Below, piece by piece: positions 58,961 through 64,000 of a DNA stretch of 64,000 bases; positions within the stretch are counted from its first letter, which is position 1; each line of letters starts with the position of its first letter. Both the position numbers and the translations under genes were made by a program. This stretch comes from an uncultured Methanoregulaceae archaeon (lineage in GTDB: Archaea; Halobacteriota; Methanomicrobia; Methanomicrobiales; Methanospirillaceae): positions 224,001 to 288,000 of the forward strand of contig CAVTTL010000001.1 of assembly GCA_963737635.1 (NCBI GenBank), given 5' to 3'. The notes beneath the pieces are model-generated. The model ran no database searches. It was not told where the DNA came from and was given only the letters and a program-made list of their open reading frames with translations.

Positions 58961-60106
58961 TCACGTTTTTCTCCTATACAGTGAGCTCAGGATCACCATT
59001 GCCGCGAGAACGGTGACGGTCATTGCTGCCGGCAGGGAGGCAGCCTGGGTCGTTGATGGGGGAACAAGAAGAGATTGCGTGGACTCATCGCCTGCCGGAA
59101 GATTCAACGATACCGATGTCGTGTTGCTGCCGGCCGCATTAATGGCCGTGAGTGTTACCGTGAAGGTACCGGCACTCGTATAGGTATGGGAGAGGTTCTG
59201 GGATGCCGATGTACTCCCGTCGCCAAACGTCCAGTACCACGCTGAGGGAGAGTTTGTAGACGTGTCTTCGAACTTGACGAGAAGCCCGGAGGATCCCGTT
59301 GTCGTGTATGCAAATGATGCCACCGGTGAAGCATGGGGAAAAACCGGCGTCTGGGGCGGGGATGCAGGCAAAGTGTTTACAGAAATAACCCCGGGCTCGG
59401 AGGTCGTATTACTGCCGGCCGCATTAATGGCCGTCAGCGTCACCCTGTAGGTACCGGCACTCGTGTAGATATGGGAAGGATTCTGGGAGGTCGACGTACT
59501 CCCGTCCCCGAACGACCAGAGCCACGATGTCGGCCCGCCTGCAGACGTATCTACAAACTGGACAAAGAGTGGCGCTGTTCCGGAGGTGTTTCTGATGTAT
59601 CCAAATGTCGCAGCCGGAACAGTGGTACCCCGGGGAATGATGGTTCCGGACGGGAGGATATAAAATAATTGTTCGGGTCCGACAGGTACCAGGGGACTAT
59701 ACACACCCACCAGATATTGACCGGGCACCGCATCAGGAACTGGGCCAAGCCACGTCTCCCAGAGAGATGTTGTAGCATTACAAGACCAGGTATTCACCCC
59801 ATTTTCCCCGGGTTGAACGGATATATTATCCGACCGGTAACCTGATCCCGCGCCACCCGGGTTGAAATTGGTAGTGTAGATTTGAAGGATCAGAGTTTCA
59901 TGGGCCGGCAGGTTCGTCGTCCCATGAATAAAGAATATCTCGTCAATCGTATGGTTCCCGATGGGATCGATGGTAATATACGGTGTTGTGACATTTTCAG
60001 CACTCGCTACCGGGACAATTATTATTGCTGCAACGAACAGGGCAAACAAGGTAAAAAATGCTCTTTTCTGATCACTTCGACTCATCCTTTTCACCTTATC
60101 GACCAT
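58961..60106 (-). CDS. Surface protein: ITIDPIG domain plus two PKD repeats
   Basis: Two W.FGDG.TS..QN.SH.Y..AG motifs; TM tail. Confidence 0.88.
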   Translation of the reverse strand: MVDKVKRMSRSDQKRAFFTLFALFVAAIIIVPVASAENVTTPYITIDPIGNHTIDEIFFIHGTTNLPAHETLILQIYTTNFNPGGAGSGYRSDNISVQPGENGVNTWSCNATTSLWETWLGPVPDAVPGQYLVGVYSPLVPVGPEQLFYILPSGTIIPRGTTVPAATFGYIRNTSGTAPLFVQFVDTSAGGPTSWLWSFGDGSTSTSQNPSHIYTSAGTYRVTLTAINAAGSNTTSEPGVISVNTLPASPPQTPVFPHASPVASFAYTTTGSSGLLVKFEDTSTNSPSAWYWTFGDGSTSASQNLSHTYTSAGTFTVTLTAINAAGSNTTSVSLNLPAGDESTQSLLVPPSTTQAASLPAAMTVTVLAAMVILSSLYRRKT

Positions 60107-60138
60107 TATGGCAGGGGTTTACATCGATCTTCATAACG

Positions 60139-61113
60139 TCACGCTCTTTTTCTGGTATTAAACGAGGCCAAAAGGACAATCGCTGCAAGTACTGCGATCG
60201 GCAATGCTATCGGTAAGGGAGCAGATTGAGTCGTTGGGCTTGCCGGGAACTGATTCGAGGGCGGAGGAGTCTGGTTTATCGTTTGAATTATCCGTGGCGT
60301 CGCGGTAGTAGCTCCGGGAAACAGGTAAAAAGTCTGTGTGGCGACATCACCATGCGGTGAATAAATCGTCGCCATTAATTCATTCTGCGTAATCCCGAGG
60401 CTGCCTGAAACACTTTCAGGGATAGATTCGTTTGGCTGGGGAGGATAAACGCTCCAGCCTGGGCCCACCGTAGCATTCACGGACCAGGTATTCACACCAT
60501 TCTCCCCGGCCTGTATACATATGGTTGAGGGGTAATAGGGGCCCACTCCGCCGGGATTTGCATGGGCGTCACCAATCCGGAGAACAAGTGGCCCGTTTGT
60601 CACGAGGAGGTTCGTTGTCCCGTTAATAAAAAATACATCCCCGACCGTATGGTTCCCGATGGGATCGATGGCGATAGAGGGTGCCGCAAAGCTGAATTTA
60701 CCGGTGTTGGTTACGTTGAAGGCGGGTGAATATACACTTACCATGAAATTTCTGCCATAGCTCTGGTTATACCCGGTGAGATTGATGACCGCGGACCAGC
60801 GGTTCGGGGCATTTCCCTCGCCTGCCACGACGGTCGGGTACCATATGCCGCCACCAAATTCACCCGGCGCCATCTTTGTCACCATCGGAAAATCCACGTC
60901 GACCAAGACCTGGATTGTCTGGTTCTCCGGGAGGTCAGTTGTCCCGGAGAGGGTAACCACCTGCCCGAATGGTTGAGTCCCGACAGGATCGATCGTGATA
61001 AACGGCGTTGTCACAGGAGTTATATTTTCAGCGCTCGCTATAGTGACAACTATTATTGCTGCAACGAACAGGGCAAACGATAGAAGAGACATCTTTTTTC
61101 CTAACGTTACCAT
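60139..61113 (-). CDS. Surface protein with two ITIDP-type domains
   Basis: FITIDPVG...GTTDL and IAIDPIGNH...NGTTNL; PLP-TM-basic tail. Confidence 0.8.
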   Translation of the reverse strand: MVTLGKKMSLLSFALFVAAIIVVTIASAENITPVTTPFITIDPVGTQPFGQVVTLSGTTDLPENQTIQVLVDVDFPMVTKMAPGEFGGGIWYPTVVAGEGNAPNRWSAVINLTGYNQSYGRNFMVSVYSPAFNVTNTGKFSFAAPSIAIDPIGNHTVGDVFFINGTTNLLVTNGPLVLRIGDAHANPGGVGPYYPSTICIQAGENGVNTWSVNATVGPGWSVYPPQPNESIPESVSGSLGITQNELMATIYSPHGDVATQTFYLFPGATTATPRIIQTINQTPPPSNQFPASPTTQSAPLPIALPIAVLAAIVLLASFNTRKRA

Positions 61114-61123
61114 GTTTCACCCC

Positions 61124-61546
61124 CTACCAGTAGGTATGCCAGTCAACAAATCCTTCCGACGGTATGCTCCGATTATCGATGTCGACGATGGCATACGCAA
61201 GGCCATACTCGTCTGATGACAGGGAACCGACTGGCATCGAAAGCCGAATATCGCCGGTGTAGGGATATGCCCATGCAATCGTCAGCGGTCCATGGGAACC
61301 CCTGAGATAGTCACCAAATGTTTTGTGTGCTGCCCCGCCACCCACCGTCGATGTCAGGGCATTCAGCGTTGGAGCCGACGCAACCAGGAGTGCATCAATT
61401 TTTTGTATGCCGGTCATTGGCGGTGCGTTCATGGGGGAATCTGCGGCGCTAACCAGAGGCACTATCATCATACCTCCTACCAGCAACGCAAGTAAGATGA
61501 CCCCCATTTTCCGCCTTTTCATGATTTCATCCCTCGCCATTTTCAT
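61124..61546 (-). CDS. Secreted protein (possibly truncated)
   Basis: Signal peptide KMGVILLALLVGGMMIVPLVSA resembles that of the 1-712 gene. Confidence 0.55.
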   Translation of the reverse strand: MKMARDEIMKRRKMGVILLALLVGGMMIVPLVSAADSPMNAPPMTGIQKIDALLVASAPTLNALTSTVGGGAAHKTFGDYLRGSHGPLTIAWAYPYTGDIRLSMPVGSLSSDEYGLAYAIVDIDNRSIPSEGFVDWHTYW

Positions 61547-61604
61547 GTGCTTTGCACGCCTCTCGTGGATATGCCCGCCGCCAATTGTACCACACATTTA
61601 AGGA

Positions 61605-61883
61605 TCATTCCTTCTCCAACGCGTCCAGCCTTTTTTCGATTCGCGCAAGCGACTGCTGAAGTGAAATCATTTTTTCCGGGTCCAGCGGCTGCATTTTTTT
61701 CATTGCCTCGAGGTATCGCTCTTGACGGGAGTCCAGCCAGACTTTCAATGAATCAACCAGAGCATCGATAAAGAGCATAGCAGTAATCCCCGCCCACAGG
61801 ATCCATAAGTTGGTTATCATGCAGTAGAATGATACCAACCCGAATACAACGAGGGCCAGTATATTTTGCGTTTCTTTTTTCAT
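61605..61883 (-). CDS. Small two-TM protein
   Basis: Two TMs followed by a coiled tail. Confidence 0.6.
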   Translation of the reverse strand: MKKETQNILALVVFGLVSFYCMITNLWILWAGITAMLFIDALVDSLKVWLDSRQERYLEAMKKMQPLDPEKMISLQQSLARIEKRLDALEKE

Positions 61884-61964
61884 TCGGTTATCACACCTCA
61901 TGTCTTTACGATGTATCCGGTGCAGACACCCGGAGCTTTCCCTAGAATCACCCCGGAGTACCAG

Positions 61965-62903
61965 TTACTTGTTTTTTCTTCTGGAAATTCCCACACCTAC
62001 AAGACAGATTATAGCAAGGATACCGGCAATACTGAAAAACAACGCTGGTGTTCCGAAAACATCGGCGGCTTTATTTTCGACGACCCTGAACCCAGCGGTC
62101 CCGGTACCCGTAGTGTTGGATTTCTGCCAGCCGACCGTTACAAAATAATTTCCGGTGGGAACCGTCCCGGGACTGATATCAAAGGACCATGTGTTTGAGA
62201 CCGTCCCCGGCTGGACTGCGATGGTCGTGGAATAAACCGGCTGCAGGGTCTGGTTGGAGATGTTATGAAAAATCACCACGTCCAGAAGATTTTCGGTCCC
62301 TATGTTTGTCGTCCCGCTGAAGGTAATGGAGGTTCCGGAATACCGGTCTTCAAGGACAGAATCATTCGCGCCATCAAAATTAACCACAGGCTCCTCAACG
62401 AAGAAGACATACGGCACAAAGGAATCGTCAACCCCGGAACGGTTTGAGGCAGAGATAATGGCATCTACTTTAGGTACAACCGATGTTGTGACGTTTCCTG
62501 CGGGCCCGATATCTGCAATGGTTTTTCCTTGATCGGTGATCATAATAGAGCTGTTTCCGTACGTATGCGATTCAATCTCAAATTTCCGGTTTGCCCCCGG
62601 GTCCTGGAGTATAAATGCATACTGGCCACTGGAAAAATTCCGGGTCTCTGCCGGATCCAGGGAATACGAGAAGGTGCCATCACTGTCCGGGTGTATGGTG
62701 TTAACCTCAACAGAATTTTTTCCAACGAGCCAGATCGCAACGGTGCCATTGTCTGCGTTGGTTCCATTGATCGTGAAACGATCACCCTTTGCAAGGATGT
62801 GCGGAAGACTCGAAGTAAATGACACCGAAGCTGCAACAGGCACGATCATAATGAACATCAGGATAAGGGCAACGCCGCTCACTTTTCCAATACTAATGTT
62901 CAT
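61965..62903 (-). CDS. Secreted S-layer-like protein with TM anchor
   Basis: Signal peptide, FSGTTNI, NTWSF, TM plus RRKNK. Confidence 0.75.
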   Translation of the reverse strand: MNISIGKVSGVALILMFIMIVPVAASVSFTSSLPHILAKGDRFTINGTNADNGTVAIWLVGKNSVEVNTIHPDSDGTFSYSLDPAETRNFSSGQYAFILQDPGANRKFEIESHTYGNSSIMITDQGKTIADIGPAGNVTTSVVPKVDAIISASNRSGVDDSFVPYVFFVEEPVVNFDGANDSVLEDRYSGTSITFSGTTNIGTENLLDVVIFHNISNQTLQPVYSTTIAVQPGTVSNTWSFDISPGTVPTGNYFVTVGWQKSNTTGTGTAGFRVVENKAADVFGTPALFFSIAGILAIICLVGVGISRRKNK

Positions 62904-63051
62904 GGTTTAACCTACTGTGATGTCCATAAGGAGAATAACGCAACGCTGTATATGAAGATTCTAGTTCATTCCTCTACCGGTTAACCGCATGGTTTCCGAT
63001 GCGATCGATCTGCATAATCGTAACGGGCGGTATATTTTCACTATCAGGCAT

Positions 63052-63110
63052 ACCGAGTTTTATCTTTTCTGTCCAAAGATCCCAACTGATAGTTGGAGGA
63101 TCTCGACAAA
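63052..63110 (-). promoter_or_regulatory. Second copy of palindromic element next to TATA-like box
   Basis: CTGTCCAAAGATCCCAACTG (63069-63088) is the exact reverse complement of 915-934. Confidence 0.6.
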
Positions 63111-63211
63111 AAGATTAAAATTGACATTTTTGATCGTCAGTACTAGCAGCTCCGAGAACGACTAAAAAAACCAATTGTTCACGAATCCGGATCATTTTTC
63201 CCTCTGTTATT

Positions 63212-64000
63212 TTAATTTTTATCATTCTTGTTTTTGATCACGTATCCACATAATCCAAGGGCAGTTAAAACGACAACGAATCCACTGAAGGGATCGCTCC
63301 CTGCCTGTGTAGTGGTTGCTGATACAGCAACGGGCACCGAGGAAGTAACCGATGAAAGAGAGACCGTAGTAGGCGTTGGAGAAGGAGCCAATCGGGGCAT
63401 GTACCAGACATCGCCGAACATATCGTAATTATCAGTACCTCCTATGACCCAGATGCCGTTGTGGAAGACGGTTACCCCGCTGAGAAACCGTGGACAAAAT
63501 CCGGCACTTCCATTTTCGAAGGTCCAGTTCACACCGTCTGTTGACGACCAGATCTGGTTGTAGGCATGTGGCGGGGGATATTTGGGTTGCATAGTCATGG
63601 TCTCCCACAACCCGCCGCCGAGAATCCAGATTTTATTATCGAATACAGTCACTGACGGAAATTCCTGGGTGTAGAAAGACGCGCTCGGAGTATCCAGTAC
63701 CCAGGTTTTCCCGTCTGATGAAGACCAAACATCTTGGGAGCCGCCTTCGCTGATATAGGTGTTAATCCCATCGGTATATTCGCTATCGCTGATACCGCCG
63801 ATCATCCAGATCTTGTTGTCGAATACCGCAACTCCCTTGCCAAATCGCGGACTGAACTTTGCATTTGCTGTAACCTGTGTCCAGTTCATCCCGTCCGACG
63901 ATGACCATACATCGTTTTTCATATCACCTTCAGTGCCACCTGCAATCACCCAGAGTCGGTTGTTAAATACCGCAACCCCCAGGTCCCCGCGTGGACTGAA
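63212..64000 (-). CDS. Kelch-like beta-propeller surface protein (5' end beyond window)
   Basis: Repeats of VF.NKIW..GG...VWSS.DG..W; TM tail. Confidence 0.8.
   Translation of the reverse strand, partial: FSPRGDLGVAVFNNRLWVIAGGTEGDMKNDVWSSSDGMNWTQVTANAKFSPRFGKGVAVFDNKIWMIGGISDSEYTDGINTYISEGGSQDVWSSSDGKTWVLDTPSASFYTQEFPSVTVFDNKIWILGGGLWETMTMQPKYPPPHAYNQIWSSTDGVNWTFENGSAGFCPRFLSGVTVFHNGIWVIGGTDNYDMFGDVWYMPRLAPSPTPTTVSLSSVTSSVPVAVSATTTQAGSDPFSGFVVVLTALGLCGYVIKNKNDKN

Noticed and set aside
59110-59560. Internal DNA repeat GCCGGCCGCATTAATGGCCGT
   Set aside because: Explained by two tandem PKD domains.

Overview
Archaeal chromosomal segment. Gene content and protein styles point to a Methanomicrobiales methanogen, probably Methanoregula-like (inference). 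The core runs from about 9 to 49 kb: leuA-like synthase; a pfdB-pcc1-rpoP-rpl37ae-SBDS-psmA-RNase P-rpl15e cluster; moaC, nnr, a RecJ-like DHH protein, NAC and trmI; a two-component pair; three COG1361 surface proteins with an ABC exporter and TetR; a UDP-diacetamido-sugar trio; pyrBI, coaD, a short hdrA, mtnA, DGGGP synthase, trm1 and a DRG GTPase. Four tRNAs are present: Asp, intron-containing Tyr, Arg and Glu. Two tRNA-anchored accessory zones flank the core. The left zone (1-8.7 kb) holds a degenerate duplicate of the tRNA-Tyr/Asp pair, three aroK copies (one intact, two fragments), several toxin-antitoxin modules and a thermosome gene. The right zone (49.1-58.1 kb) is a decayed island bounded by a duplicated tRNA-Glu 3' end. 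It carries a truncated integrase, an AT-rich divergent FRG + cyclase-fold pair, and a complete 2,769-bp IS6-like transposon with a SWIM-domain transposase, 72-bp bipartite TIRs, an 8-bp TSD and passenger genes. Four TA modules lie in or just beyond it, followed by a cluster of paralogous secreted proteins. A shared ~41-bp palindrome precedes TATA-like boxes of secreted-protein genes at both ends of the window. Many single-base frameshifts in essential genes indicate an error-prone assembly. All calls come from reading motifs by eye; no searches were run.
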